Shown here piece after piece: positions 29,611-39,057 of a DNA stretch of 64,000 bases; positions within the stretch are counted from its first letter, which is position 1, and every line of letters begins with the position of its first letter. The position numbers and the translations under genes are program-made. This DNA is from Candidatus Hydrogenedentota bacterium (GTDB lineage Bacteria > Hydrogenedentota > Hydrogenedentia > Hydrogenedentales > SLHB01): contig DAOLNV010000004.1 of the NCBI GenBank assembly GCA_035416745.1, positions 2,138-66,137 of the forward strand. Reading direction: 5' to 3'. The notes under the pieces are model-generated. The model saw only the letters and a list, made by a program, of their open reading frames with translations. It searched no databases and was not told the origin of the DNA.

Positions 29611-29850
29611 TCAGAGTTCCTCGATGTCGATTTGCCTGGCCTCGCTCATGCGCAACGCCAGGGAGTATCCCTTCAGGGTAATCTCGACGGGGTCGCCCAA
29701 GGGCGCGTGCCGCTCAACGTACAGCTCGGTCCCCCGCATAATGCCCATATCGAGCAGACGCTGCCGGAGCTCGGGACACCGCTCGCCCCGCACCCGCACA
29801 ACGCGTGCGCGGTCGCCGCTGACGAGGTCAAACAACGTTTTGGCTTTCAT
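29611..29850 (-). CDS. feoA: FeoA family protein
   Basis: 79 aa SH3-like FeoA pattern (RVVRVRGE, RQRLLDMGIMRGTELYVERHAPLGDPVEI). Its stop abuts the feoB start. Confidence 0.85.
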   Translation of the reverse strand: MKAKTLFDLVSGDRARVVRVRGERCPELRQRLLDMGIMRGTELYVERHAPLGDPVEITLKGYSLALRMSEARQIDIEEL

Positions 29851-29955
29851 GCATTACCTGCTATAACGGCGCTCACCTTGCGGGCGCATGGAGACACGAG
29901 CCACATCCAGCAGCGCTGAGACGCTGAGTGAAAGATGCCTGCCGGTACTCTCAAC

Positions 29956-30237
29956 TCACGTGGCCGCGTTTTCCCGGATGACCTCTATGCGCTCGGCCAT
30001 GCCCTGCCCGATGGCGATACGGCAGCCCCGGCATGAGATGATCACCGGGCCCGATCGGCCCTTCGCAATCACCTGCAGCAACACGCCCGGCAGCACGCCC
30101 AGCCGCGCAAGGTTCTCCTTGAACCCGCGCCCGCCGTGGCATTTCACCACACGCACGGTCTCATTGCTGCGTGCTTCGCTCAACATCCTCGCCTGTGTCA
30201 TATCTGTCGTATTCGTGTTCATCACGGAACGCCGCAC
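29956..30237 (-). CDS. feoA: Second FeoA-domain protein
   Basis: VRVVKCHGGRGFKENLARLGVLPGVLLQVIAKGRSGPVIISCRGCRIAIGQGMAERIEV. Exact start is uncertain. Confidence 0.7.
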   Translation of the reverse strand: MRRSVMNTNTTDMTQARMLSEARSNETVRVVKCHGGRGFKENLARLGVLPGVLLQVIAKGRSGPVIISCRGCRIAIGQGMAERIEVIRENAAT

Positions 30238-30261
30238 GGGGCGGCGCCATTCCAGGCAGGG

Positions 30262-30744
30262 CTAAGCGCCGGTTTGCGAGCTGTCTTCTATTTCCTCGGA
30301 AAACCGCGCGCCACCTCGAAACCTGCCATTGTCCTCGTCCCAGTGCATCCGCGCACCGGGATTTCTTCCAACAAACTCGACGAAATCGATAAGCCGCTCC
30401 AACACAAGGGGCGGCATCGCATGTTCCATGCCGCACGCGGCTGCTTCAGCCTCTTCGTTGCCAATGCCCAATACGTCAACAAAGAAACGCCGCAGGGCCT
30501 CGTGTCCCCGCACGACTTCCGCGGCCACCTGCAGGCCCCGCAACGTGAGCGTCACAATGTCGTATGGCTCATAGTTGACAAGGTTTCGCTCTTTGAGTGC
30601 GTGCAGCGCACTGGTCACCGACGAGCTATTGACATTCAGGCGGTCCGCAATATCTTTGACCCGCGCTGCCTGTTTGGCCTCGACGACGTGGAAGATCGCC
30701 TCGAGATAGTCCTCCAGGCTGGCGCTAAGACGTTCGTCAACCAT
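30262..30744 (-). CDS. DtxR/MntR family metal-dependent transcriptional regulator
   Basis: MVDERLSASLEDYLEAIFHVVEAKQAARVKDIADRLNVNSSSVTSALHALKERNLV. ATG at 30744 chosen; ATG 30759 and TTG 30762 are alternatives. Confidence 0.85.
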   Translation of the reverse strand: MVDERLSASLEDYLEAIFHVVEAKQAARVKDIADRLNVNSSSVTSALHALKERNLVNYEPYDIVTLTLRGLQVAAEVVRGHEALRRFFVDVLGIGNEEAEAAACGMEHAMPPLVLERLIDFVEFVGRNPGARMHWDEDNGRFRGGARFSEEIEDSSQTGA

Positions 30745-30764
30745 CCTTTTGCCCCTCATCAAAA

Positions 30765-30780
30765 GTTAGAAGCCTCTAAC
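30765..30780. promoter_or_regulatory. Candidate DtxR-type operator (imperfect 16-bp dyad)
   Basis: GTTAGAaGCcTCTAAC matches its own reverse complement at 14 of 16 positions. It lies about 20 nt upstream of the regulator start and resembles the TTAG/CTAA half-sites of iron boxes. Confidence 0.35.
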
Positions 30781-30903
30781 AATTGTAGAGCCCCCAATCG
30801 CACCGTGTCAAGAAAATCCCCTGAGTGACCTCAGGATGACCAAGCAGGATAGAAACCTATCCCCCTTAACGCTATGCTGCACATCGTCGTCTGGGATTCA
30901 CGC

Positions 30904-32157
30904 CTAAAACTTGTAATCCAAACCCGTCAAGAACTTATGTTCCCAGTTCTCAGCGTCCACATCCCCGGGATGACTGTCGTATTCCGAATAGAGCCGTATT
31001 TTCAGGCTCATCTTCTCAGAGAGCGGGGTCAGAAATGCTAGATCTGATAAAATCCTGTATTGTGAAAAGTCATCAATGTCCGGCTCCACCGTCAGGTCCG
31101 ATGAAAAAAGGCTCCTGGCAAACACTTTCTGCTCATAATGGCTCGAAGCATGAACAGTGATGCTGTCTTCCGTGACGGTGTCGTTATGGAACTTGAGACT
31201 TTCCGCATCGTAATAGTAGCGCAAGCTCGCGGCAATCAGTTCCAGGCCGTTCAGTGTGCCGACCTGGTTCAGGAACTGGTTGAGCCGCGCGAGCCGGGCG
31301 TTCTTGCTGGCATCTCTGGCGGCGTCTTCCGCGAGCAGGCCGTATTCGAGCCAATACTCGCGCCGGTAGCCGGCGCCGCCCTCGAGAGACAGCTTACGTT
31401 GCTCATTATTGATGAACTCTTTCCCGAGCCCGGCGCCGGTGCGCAAACGCAAATCCAGCTGGCGTCCTGCATCATGTTCGGCCCCGCCCAGCCAGTAGCC
31501 GTAGAATCGTTCGTTCCAGAAATGCTGCCACTTCAACTCGCCAAGGATACGCTGGGTGTTCTTCTGAGACTCAACCTCCCCGTAGCCAGCCTCAGACTTG
31601 AATGTCAGGGTGTCGCCCGGCCATTGGCGCACCACAGTGAGCGTTGTTGCGGCATCAAACGTGTCGGTAGCGCCCTTGCGCCAGGAAGCGCCCATGGTCA
31701 CGTCCCCCGCCCACTTCTTCGGGGCGGCTTGCCCGGACGCCGCCTCCTCCGCGGATTTCCTCTCGTCCGGGGCAGCGGGGATGCCCGCTGCCTCAGCGGC
31801 TGCGGCGCCCGGCACGGCTATGGCAATAATCTCCCCGGGCGCGACGTGACTTACCGCGCCGTTCACGGTGATGGCCTGCTCGCCGTCGAGAAGAATGAGT
31901 CTGCCCGTTACGGGTCCACTGCCGCGAACTGCAACCTCGACGGCTTCCTCGGTCGTGACGGCAAGGACGTCTCGCCACGGGATCTCGAGCAGATTGGTGT
32001 AGACCCCGCGGAACCGCAGCACCTCCCCGCTGAGACCCACGAGCGAGCCGCTGATCCGGTCGCCGTTCTGCAGGTATACGGCGTCCGCGCACGCATCTCC
32101 CGCATGAGCGGCAACGGCCCACGCCAGGACCAAACGCTGAAACAGTGCCATTTCCAT
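30904..32157 (-). CDS. Outer-membrane beta-barrel protein, DUF481-like
   Basis: Has a signal peptide, a soluble N-terminal domain and alternating-hydrophobicity strands, and ends in the C-terminal GLDYKF (terminal Phe). Confidence 0.5.
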   Translation of the reverse strand: MEMALFQRLVLAWAVAAHAGDACADAVYLQNGDRISGSLVGLSGEVLRFRGVYTNLLEIPWRDVLAVTTEEAVEVAVRGSGPVTGRLILLDGEQAITVNGAVSHVAPGEIIAIAVPGAAAAEAAGIPAAPDERKSAEEAASGQAAPKKWAGDVTMGASWRKGATDTFDAATTLTVVRQWPGDTLTFKSEAGYGEVESQKNTQRILGELKWQHFWNERFYGYWLGGAEHDAGRQLDLRLRTGAGLGKEFINNEQRKLSLEGGAGYRREYWLEYGLLAEDAARDASKNARLARLNQFLNQVGTLNGLELIAASLRYYYDAESLKFHNDTVTEDSITVHASSHYEQKVFARSLFSSDLTVEPDIDDFSQYRILSDLAFLTPLSEKMSLKIRLYSEYDSHPGDVDAENWEHKFLTGLDYKF

Positions 32158-32358
32158 GCCCTCGAACGTGATTTTGCGATGGTGGAACGCGGACTATTCT
32201 GCCCGCACGCGCCCGGAAAGAACCTCATCATCGCCTATTTCGGGCCTCTTTTTCAAAAGCGCGAGCATTGCCGCCCCGGCCGCCGCCTTGACACTCCGGC
32301 GCATATCGGCGTACCATTTTTATGCGGGGTATGAAACACTGTGGAGGGGGAGGCGGTT

Positions 32359-32781
32359 ATGTTTGAGAACAAAAACTTCTTCTTCATCCTGCTTGGTGTA
32401 GTGGCGTGCGCGCTGGTTCTCGTGATTGCGGTAGACCTCACAAGCAAAGAGAGCATGATCAAACAAGCCACACGCGGCCGCGCATACACAAAAGAACTCA
32501 AGAAGTTTCGAAGCCTTGTCCAGCTCGGCATGCCGGCCGATCAGGTTCAGGCCGTCTTCAAGGAACAGCAGTTCCAGCATCTGCAGATGGTCGCGGGAAA
32601 GAACGCCGCCTTTGAAGTCACGCCCCCCATCTCGTACGGCAAAAACAACTGGACGCTGCTTATCAACACGTCCAACAACGTTGTGGTATCCGTGCGGGTG
32701 CGTAAGTACATGAACAGGCAGGAAAGACCTTCGGGCGCCCCCGAAGATATTGCCTATCCTGAATATGCCAACATGCAGTGA
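32359..32781 (+). CDS. Hypothetical membrane-anchored protein
   Basis: ATG at 32359 after GGAGGGGGAGG. Single N-terminal TM (FFFILLGVVACALVLVIAV); no recognisable motif. Confidence 0.5.
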   Translation: MFENKNFFFILLGVVACALVLVIAVDLTSKESMIKQATRGRAYTKELKKFRSLVQLGMPADQVQAVFKEQQFQHLQMVAGKNAAFEVTPPISYGKNNWTLLINTSNNVVVSVRVRKYMNRQERPSGAPEDIAYPEYANMQ

Positions 32782-32842
32782 GCCCCGGAGACCGTTTCAG
32801 CCTCGTCTCGGCGCATTGCGGGGAAAAACAAGAAGACCAGCG

Positions 32843-33520
32843 CTAGGCCGGGGTGTCCGGGCCGCACAATCGGACCTTCACCGTTGACCAATCATCCGAG
32901 AGTTCCGTGAGCGCATAAAAGCCGTCACGGAAAGGTCCTGGATTCACAAGTTCGGCGGCCCCGACCACATCCGTCCCGCGTCCTTCATGAATATGCCCGC
33001 AAAAACAAACCAGCGGGCGTGTCTCCTCGATGAACTGCCTCACGCTCCGGCTTCCGACGTGCCGCCCGTCCGTCGTGCAGTCCGCGACCGTGCCAAACGG
33101 CGGCTGGTGACCGAGAAGAATCAGGGGGTGTTCCCGGGGGATTTGACCTGTGGCCGTGCTCAATTCCTTCCAGAAATCCGTTTCACTCTTCTCATTCGGC
33201 GTACCGCCGGGACAAGGCAGCGACCCGCCAAAACCAGCGAACGCAACCGAGTCTAGAACACGACACGTTTGCTCGCACAATATGTCTTCTTCGGCCAGGT
33301 ATTGGGCCACCTCGGGAAGATCGCAATTGCCGGTCACGCCCAACACGAACGCATCTGTTTCCGCGCGGATCGCGGCGATGATGCCGCGGGCAACGTTCGA
33401 GCCGCCGAAATGCGTGATGTCACCGGCAAGCAATACAACATCGGCAGCGGCAAACCGCCCAGATGTGCGCGCCATGGCACGCATGTTCCCATGAATGTCC
33501 GAGAGAGTAAGTATCAGCAT
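32843..33520 (-). CDS. Metallophosphoesterase (calcineurin-like)
   Basis: MLILTLSDIHGN, LLAGDITHFG, GNCD, GHQPP and CGHIHEG motifs. Start trimmed to the ATG at 33520. Confidence 0.8.
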   Translation of the reverse strand: MLILTLSDIHGNMRAMARTSGRFAAADVVLLAGDITHFGGSNVARGIIAAIRAETDAFVLGVTGNCDLPEVAQYLAEEDILCEQTCRVLDSVAFAGFGGSLPCPGGTPNEKSETDFWKELSTATGQIPREHPLILLGHQPPFGTVADCTTDGRHVGSRSVRQFIEETRPLVCFCGHIHEGRGTDVVGAAELVNPGPFRDGFYALTELSDDWSTVKVRLCGPDTPA

Positions 33521-33709
33521 TGCGGCGCTATGGTACACGAAGCCGAACCCTTCCGCCAGACGGACGGACCCGGCAACGGCGGAACCACGCGCGGCAGGGG
33601 GCATGCGCCCCCGGAGCTCCCTGGCCTCCCAACGCGTTGAATGGTAAGACGAACAAATGGCGCAGTTGCACCCCGTGTACAGCGAATACCTCTAAAACCA
33701 GGATTTTCC

Positions 33710-33756
33710 GACGCGAGGTCAGAAAACTTGCCAAATTGTCAGCAATCTGTTAGACT
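33710..33756 (+). promoter_or_regulatory. Promoter P1 with upstream GAC-N5-GTC dyad
   Basis: GACGCGAGGTC (33710-33720), an A-rich tract, TTGCCA (33728-33733), 17 nt, then TAGACT (33751-33756). Confidence 0.5.
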
Positions 33757-33943
33757 AGTCGTGGGTTTGAACCCAAATATGAATGTCTTCAGACATGGCG
33801 CGAGGGTAATACGCTTGGCCACCTCAATGCGCGCAATAAAGGAGGTGATGGCTGGCGAAGAATCGCATCGGGCTGCTCTGTAATCCGCGGAAAATCAGTC
33901 TGTCTGGCATATCAATTTCTTCAAATCTGGAAGGATGACTGCG

Positions 33944-34891
33944 ATGAAAAAGCATGGTTTCACTTTGATTGAATTGTTGGTGGTAATCGCCATTATCGGC
34001 ATTCTGGCCGCGATCCTCCTGCCGGCGCTGGCCCGTGCTCGCGAAGCCGCGCGCCGCGCCAGCTGCGCCAACAACCTCAAACAATTGGGCCTGATCTTCA
34101 AGATGTATGCGAACGAAAGCAAGGGCGAGAAGTGGCCGAGCATGTTGAAGGCCTTCCCTTTTCAGAGCGAGACAAGCCCCTTGCCGTGTTCAATACCAAA
34201 CACGTTCAACCAGTTCTTCAACGGCCCGGCGGTTTACCCCGAGTATATGACCGATGACAAGATCATCATTTGCCCGTCCGACGCCGATGGTGAACAGCGG
34301 GCAGACGAGTATTGGCGCAATACCGACGGCAGCGTCCAGCCCTGCGATTTCTGGGAAGTGTCTTACACGTACTATGGCTGGGCATTGAAGGACGAGTACG
34401 TCATCATGCCGGGAACGGATGTCAACGCCATGCCGGCGTCGTTTGACTATGGGTTCCTCTTCGCGGTCCAGACCGTTTTCACGGGCGTGGGTGCCGGCAC
34501 GGGGAACGATGATCTTGTCAGTCTCTCCGCTGTTTTCAACTTTGGGAACGGCACCCCCTGGAACTCGTTTGAAAGCGATATCAGCTACGCGAGCGACACG
34601 GGCAAGGATGTGACCTGCTACCGTCTTCGTGAAGGCATCGAGCGGTTCTTCATCACCGACATCAACAATCCGGCCGGCAGCGCCATGGCCCAAAGCGAGG
34701 TCCCGGTAATGTGGGACTCGGTCTGGTCTGCAACAGAAGGCCGGGAAAGCTACTTCAACCACATCCCCGGCGGCGGCAACGTGCTGTACATGGATGGGCA
34801 CGTGGAGTTCGTCCGGTACCCGAGCGAGTGGCCGGTCTGCAAAGGCTACGTGCAGATGATGAATTTGCTCAGCAGCATGCTCAATCCGTAA
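33944..34891 (+). CDS. Prepilin-type N-terminal domain protein, DUF1559 family, paralog 3
   Basis: [47 protein letters not shown], then [34 protein letters not shown] is GGAAGGA. Confidence 0.9.
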   Translation: MKKHGFTLIELLVVIAIIGILAAILLPALARAREAARRASCANNLKQLGLIFKMYANESKGEKWPSMLKAFPFQSETSPLPCSIPNTFNQFFNGPAVYPEYMTDDKIIICPSDADGEQRADEYWRNTDGSVQPCDFWEVSYTYYGWALKDEYVIMPGTDVNAMPASFDYGFLFAVQTVFTGVGAGTGNDDLVSLSAVFNFGNGTPWNSFESDISYASDTGKDVTCYRLREGIERFFITDINNPAGSAMAQSEVPVMWDSVWSATEGRESYFNHIPGGGNVLYMDGHVEFVRYPSEWPVCKGYVQMMNLLSSMLNP

Positions 34892-34932
34892 CCCGTTCGC
34901 ATTCGGTTCTTCATCATTAGCAGACTCATCAA

Positions 34933-34970
34933 AGCGCGCGCTCTTCGGGGCGCGCGCTGCTGTTGTTCGT
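34933..34970 (+). terminator. Intrinsic terminator of paralog 3
   Basis: AGCGCGCGCTC-TTCG-GGGCGCGCGCT followed by GCTGTTGTTCGT. This is the same hairpin sequence as at 23111-23146. Confidence 0.7.
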
Positions 34971-35035
34971 GCGGCCGGCAGGACACATCTCGTCAAAGGC
35001 GCAAGCTGTTAACAAACCCGGAATGAGGGGTTTGT

Positions 35036-35082
35036 GACGCGAGGTCGGAAAACTTGCCAAATGATCAAAGTTCTGTTATTCT
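35036..35082 (+). promoter_or_regulatory. Promoter P2 with upstream GAC-N5-GTC dyad
   Basis: GACGCGAGGTC (35036-35046), TTGCCA (35054-35059), 17 nt, then TATTCT (35077-35082). Confidence 0.5.
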
Positions 35083-35275
35083 AGCTGCATAGTTGAATAC
35101 AATTTTTGATCGTTTTTGAGGCGGAGCGAGCGCAAGGGCCATCCGCTTGACCGCCTCAATGCGGGCGATAAGGGAGGTGATGGCTGGCGAGAAACAGTAC
35201 CCGGCTTCTCCGCAATCCGCGGGAAATCAGTTCATCTGACATATTTGTCCCCTCAAATCTGGAAGGATAACTGCG

Positions 35276-36247
35276 ATGAAAAAACATGGATTTACCTTGA
35301 TTGAATTGCTCGTGGTGATTGCCATCATCGGCATTCTGGCCGCGATCCTGCTGCCGGCGCTGGCCCGTGCCCGCGAGGCCGCCCGCCGCGCCAGCTGCGC
35401 CAACAACCTCAAACAGTTGGGGGTGGTCTTCAAGATGTACGCCAACGAGTCCAAAGGCGAGAAATGGCCGAGCCTGTGCAAGGCGTTTCCCAAATACTCC
35501 CTCCCCTGCGACCTGGATGACCCTGCCGCCCAGCCCAACCACGTCAACAGGTTCTTTGATGGTCCGTCCGTGTATCCCGAGTATTTGACGGACGACAACG
35601 TCCTCATTTGCCCATCGGACGCGGACGGCTGGACCCGCGTGGAGGTCGACGGCTGGCGGCATCCTGATGCGATGTTTCCCAATGGAGGCATTAACCCCTG
35701 CCATTTCTGGGAAATCTCGTACGAGTACTACGGGTGGGCCGTGATGCCCGAGCTGCTGCTGGTGGGCCCCGTCAACACAACTACCCTGAACAGGGATTCC
35801 TACGACGTAATGGGCGGCGATTTCGAGCCTGGTTTCCTCGCCGCGATGCTGGAAGAGTTCGGCGTAGCCGGCACCTATCTTGACGACACGTGGGCCACCA
35901 GCCGCGGACAAGTTCACGAGCGCGACTTGACGCTGAATCCTCCGGAAACGGATACAGGCGCAACGACCGTTTATCGCCTTCGTGAGGGCATTGAGCGGTT
36001 CTTCATCACCGACATCAACAATCCCGCGGGCAGCGCCTTGGCCCAGAGCGAAATTCCAGTCATGTGGGATATGGCGTGGACAACCTCGGACCCTCAGAAC
36101 AAATGGAGCTATTTCAACCACATCCCCGGCGGCAGCAATGTCCTTTACATGGACGGACATGTCGAATTCATTCGCTACCCGAGCGAATGGCCCGTGTGCA
36201 AAGCGTATGTAGACATGATGAATGCGCTGGCCACCGTGATCAGTTGA
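35276..36247 (+). CDS. Prepilin-type N-terminal domain protein, DUF1559 family, paralog 4
   Basis: [47 protein letters not shown], then [32 protein letters not shown]. Confidence 0.9.
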   Translation: MKKHGFTLIELLVVIAIIGILAAILLPALARAREAARRASCANNLKQLGVVFKMYANESKGEKWPSLCKAFPKYSLPCDLDDPAAQPNHVNRFFDGPSVYPEYLTDDNVLICPSDADGWTRVEVDGWRHPDAMFPNGGINPCHFWEISYEYYGWAVMPELLLVGPVNTTTLNRDSYDVMGGDFEPGFLAAMLEEFGVAGTYLDDTWATSRGQVHERDLTLNPPETDTGATTVYRLREGIERFFITDINNPAGSALAQSEIPVMWDMAWTTSDPQNKWSYFNHIPGGSNVLYMDGHVEFIRYPSEWPVCKAYVDMMNALATVIS

Positions 36248-36366
36248 CCGGCTCAGCTCCTCGCCGCAAGAAGCAGGGGACCCCGGAAATATCCGTAGCC
36301 CCCAAACACCTGAAAAACTGCGATGTATCCGAGTAAGGTCCTTTAGCGGGGCAATTCGCGCAACTC

Positions 36367-36400
36367 GAGGGCGTGGGTGTCTTCCACGTCCTCTCTTTAA
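36367..36400 (+). terminator. Candidate intrinsic terminator of paralog 4
   Basis: GAGGGCGTGG-loop-CCACGTCCTC (one G-U pair) followed by TCTTTAA. Confidence 0.45.
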
Positions 36401-36450
36401 TGCTCGGGCGGTTTTGCCCGCCCCCGCAATCTCCCCTGGCCCGCGTCTCT

Positions 36451-36497
36451 GACGAAACGTCAGAAAGGTTGACGCGGCGTCGACGGCGTGATAAAAT
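36451..36497 (+). promoter_or_regulatory. Promoter P3 with two GACG-N3-CGTC dyads
   Basis: GACGAAACGTC (36451-36461) and GACGCGGCGTC (36471-36481) are 20 bp centre to centre. The second overlaps TTGACG (36469-36474), which is followed by 17 nt and TAAAAT (36492-36497). Confidence 0.55.
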
Positions 36498-36695
36498 CTC
36501 GGTGGATTGCTGGAAGTCGGACCGGATGCGTTCCAGGTACTTTGCGCGGATACGGTTTCGCGCACCGTGAACGCGCGTACTAGGGAGGTTATCAAGGACA
36601 GCGCTGATACTCTGCTAAGCCCGCATATGGAGAGGAGATCTGTGCATATTTCGTAATAATTCTCTCCAAATCTAGAACCTAGAAGGATATCTCAC

Positions 36696-37649
36696 ATGAA
36701 GAAGCATGGCTTTACCCTGATCGAATTGCTCGTCGTAATTGCCATAATCGGCATTTTGGCCGCGATTTTACTGCCGGCCCTGGCTCGCGCTCGCGAGGCA
36801 GCCCGCCGCGCGAGCTGCGCCAACAACCTCAAACAGATGGGGTTGGTATTCAAGATGTACGCCAACGAGGCCACGGGCGAGAAGTGGCCCAGCATGATCA
36901 AGGCGTTTCCGAACTACACCCAGAATTGCGACCAGCCCAACCAGATTAACCGTTTCTTTGACGGCCCGGCGGTATACCCCGAATACCTGACGGACGACAA
37001 CATCCTGATTTGCCCTTCCGACGGTGACGGCTGGACCCGCGTGGTGGAAGATGGCTGGCGGAACCCTTCCGTGATGACTCCGAGTGGCGGCATTAACCCC
37101 TGCCATTTCTGGGAAATCTCGTACGAATACTACGGATGGGCGATAAAGCCCGAGCATGTCATTGCGGCGGGAACCGATATCAACGCCATGCCTGCTACGT
37201 TCGATTACGGCATGCTCGGCGCTATGGCAACCGTTTTCCTGGGCACCAACCCCCTGGGCTCGACCGATCCCTCCGTCGCAGCCGTCTCCGCCGTCGTTAA
37301 CTTCGCGAACGGCACACCCTGGAATTCCTTTGAAGGCGATATCAGTTACACGAGCGACGCCGGCGTTGGCGTGACCATCTATCGTCTTCGCGAAGGCATC
37401 GAGCGGTTCATGATCACCGACATCAACAACCCGGCCGGCAGCGCAAAGGCCCAGAGCGAGATCTCAGTGATGTGGGACATGGCCTGGACGCCTCTGGCAT
37501 CGGATGGCTGGAGCTATTTCAATCACGTGCCGGGCGGCGGCAATGTGCTGTATATGGACGGCCATGTCGAGTTCCTCCGGTATCCGAGCGAATGGCCCAT
37601 CTGCCGTGCGTACCCGCAGATGATGGACCTCATGAACGCCTTTATCTAG
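36696..37649 (+). CDS. Prepilin-type N-terminal domain protein, DUF1559 family, paralog 5 (mosaic)
   Basis: [47 protein letters not shown], then [31 protein letters not shown]. Confidence 0.9.
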   Translation: MKKHGFTLIELLVVIAIIGILAAILLPALARAREAARRASCANNLKQMGLVFKMYANEATGEKWPSMIKAFPNYTQNCDQPNQINRFFDGPAVYPEYLTDDNILICPSDGDGWTRVVEDGWRNPSVMTPSGGINPCHFWEISYEYYGWAIKPEHVIAAGTDINAMPATFDYGMLGAMATVFLGTNPLGSTDPSVAAVSAVVNFANGTPWNSFEGDISYTSDAGVGVTIYRLREGIERFMITDINNPAGSAKAQSEISVMWDMAWTPLASDGWSYFNHVPGGGNVLYMDGHVEFLRYPSEWPICRAYPQMMDLMNAFI

Positions 37650-37688
37650 CAGCGGCACTGAACCAACTCACAGCTGAGAAAGCTCCCG

Positions 37689-37724
37689 GGGCGTGGGCAC
37701 TACCCACGCCCTTCTTCTGTCTGT
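37689..37724 (+). terminator. Intrinsic terminator of paralog 5
   Basis: GGGCGTGGG-CACTA-CCCACGCCC followed by TTCTTCTGTCTGTG. Confidence 0.65.
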
Positions 37725-37759
37725 GCGGCCGGCGGTTCCGGGATGGGAATCCGCGCTTT

Positions 37760-37807
37760 GACGAAACGTCAAGAAAACTTGACGCAGCGTCGACTGCCTG
37801 ATAAAAT
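37760..37807 (+). promoter_or_regulatory. Promoter P4 with two GACG-N3-CGTC dyads
   Basis: GACGAAACGTC (37760-37770) and GACGCAGCGTC (37781-37791), then TTGACG (37779-37784), 17 nt, TAAAAT (37802-37807). Confidence 0.55.
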
Positions 37808-37996
37808 CAGGCTGGATCGATAAAGACTGGATTGGATGCGTTCGAGGTACTGTGCGCGGATACGGTGCTGCGCAACCTGAACGCGCGTACTATGGAGGCT
37901 AGTAAGGACGGCGCTAATACTCCGCTTCTCCCGCATTTTGCGGCAAACCCGTTTGTGTGTCGTAATAATTCTCCTCAAACCAGAAGGATGGCCTAG

Positions 37997-38956
37997 ATGA
38001 GAAAGCTCGGTTTTACCTTGATCGAACTGCTCGTGGTGATTGCCATTATAGGCATTCTGGCCGCGATCCTGCTGCCGGCCCTGGCTCGCGCCCGCGAAGC
38101 CGCCCGCCGCGCCAGTTGCGCCAACAACCTTAAACAATTGGGGTTGGTATTCAAGATGTACTCCAACGAGTCCAAAGGCGAGAAGTGGCCGAGCATGGCG
38201 AAGGCGTTTCCACGCTATGACCTCGGATGCGCTCAAGTGAACTTGACCAATCGTTTCTTTAACGGTCCGTCGGTGTATCCCGAATACTTGACGGATGACA
38301 ATATTTTGCTTTGCCCGTCCGACGGCGATGGTCAGACCCGTGTCGAGACCGACGGCTGGCGGAACCCGGTTGCCCTGTTCCCGGGCGGCGGCATCAACCC
38401 CTGCCATTTCTGGGAGATCTCGTACGAGTACTATGGCTGGGCCCTGATGCCCCAGCAGGTAATCGTAGGCCCTGTCAGCGACGCGACCCTGAACAAATCT
38501 TCGTACGACGTAATGGGCGGCGATTTCGAGGCGGGTTTCCTCAATGCGGTTATGGAACAGTTCGGCGTGCTTGATGCCGGCGCAGCACAGGCAGCCCTGT
38601 TTGCGTCGTCCCCCGGCTCGGTTCATGAGAACGATATGACCATGAACCCTCCCGACTCAGACACCAATGAAACGACCATTTACCGGCTCCGCGAAGGCAT
38701 CGAGCGGTTCTTCATCACCGACATCAATAACCCTGCGGGAAGTTCCAAGGCCCAGACAGAGATCCCGGTGATGTGGGACTGGGCATGGGGTCCGATTGAC
38801 CCTGTCAATGGTTGGAGCTACTTCAACCACATCCCCGGCGGCAGCAATGTCCTCTATATGGACGGCCACGTCGAGTTTTTACGTTACCCGGGCGAGTGGC
38901 CGGTCTGCAAAGCATATGTGGCTATGATGAACGCGCTGGCGGGTGTCGTCGGATAA
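37997..38956 (+). CDS. Prepilin-type N-terminal domain protein, DUF1559 family, paralog 6
   Basis: [47 protein letters not shown], then [32 protein letters not shown]. Confidence 0.9.
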   Translation: MRKLGFTLIELLVVIAIIGILAAILLPALARAREAARRASCANNLKQLGLVFKMYSNESKGEKWPSMAKAFPRYDLGCAQVNLTNRFFNGPSVYPEYLTDDNILLCPSDGDGQTRVETDGWRNPVALFPGGGINPCHFWEISYEYYGWALMPQQVIVGPVSDATLNKSSYDVMGGDFEAGFLNAVMEQFGVLDAGAAQAALFASSPGSVHENDMTMNPPDSDTNETTIYRLREGIERFFITDINNPAGSSKAQTEIPVMWDWAWGPIDPVNGWSYFNHIPGGSNVLYMDGHVEFLRYPGEWPVCKAYVAMMNALAGVVG

Positions 38957-38985
38957 TTCGCGAGACCATCGCATAGCGCAATCTA

Positions 38986-39020
38986 AGGGCGTGGGGATCT
39001 CCCATGCCCTTTTTGTGTGT
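38986..39020 (+). terminator. Intrinsic terminator of paralog 6
   Basis: AGGGCGTGGGGA-TC-TCCCATGCCCT followed by TTTTGTGTGT. Confidence 0.65.
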
Positions 39021-39057
39021 GCCCAGCCGTCTATCGCGAACCGCTGGTTCCCGGTCC

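Noticed and set aside
33848-33883. Leader peptides encoded after the internal SD-like element (11 codons here; 19 codons at 35180-35239; ATG-TAG at 39211-39216; 34 codons at 37892-37996)
   Set aside because: Length, sequence and even the presence of an ATG are not conserved among the five leaders. The SD-to-ATG spacing is only 2 nt. A conserved functional peptide is therefore unlikely, and conservation is at the nucleotide level.
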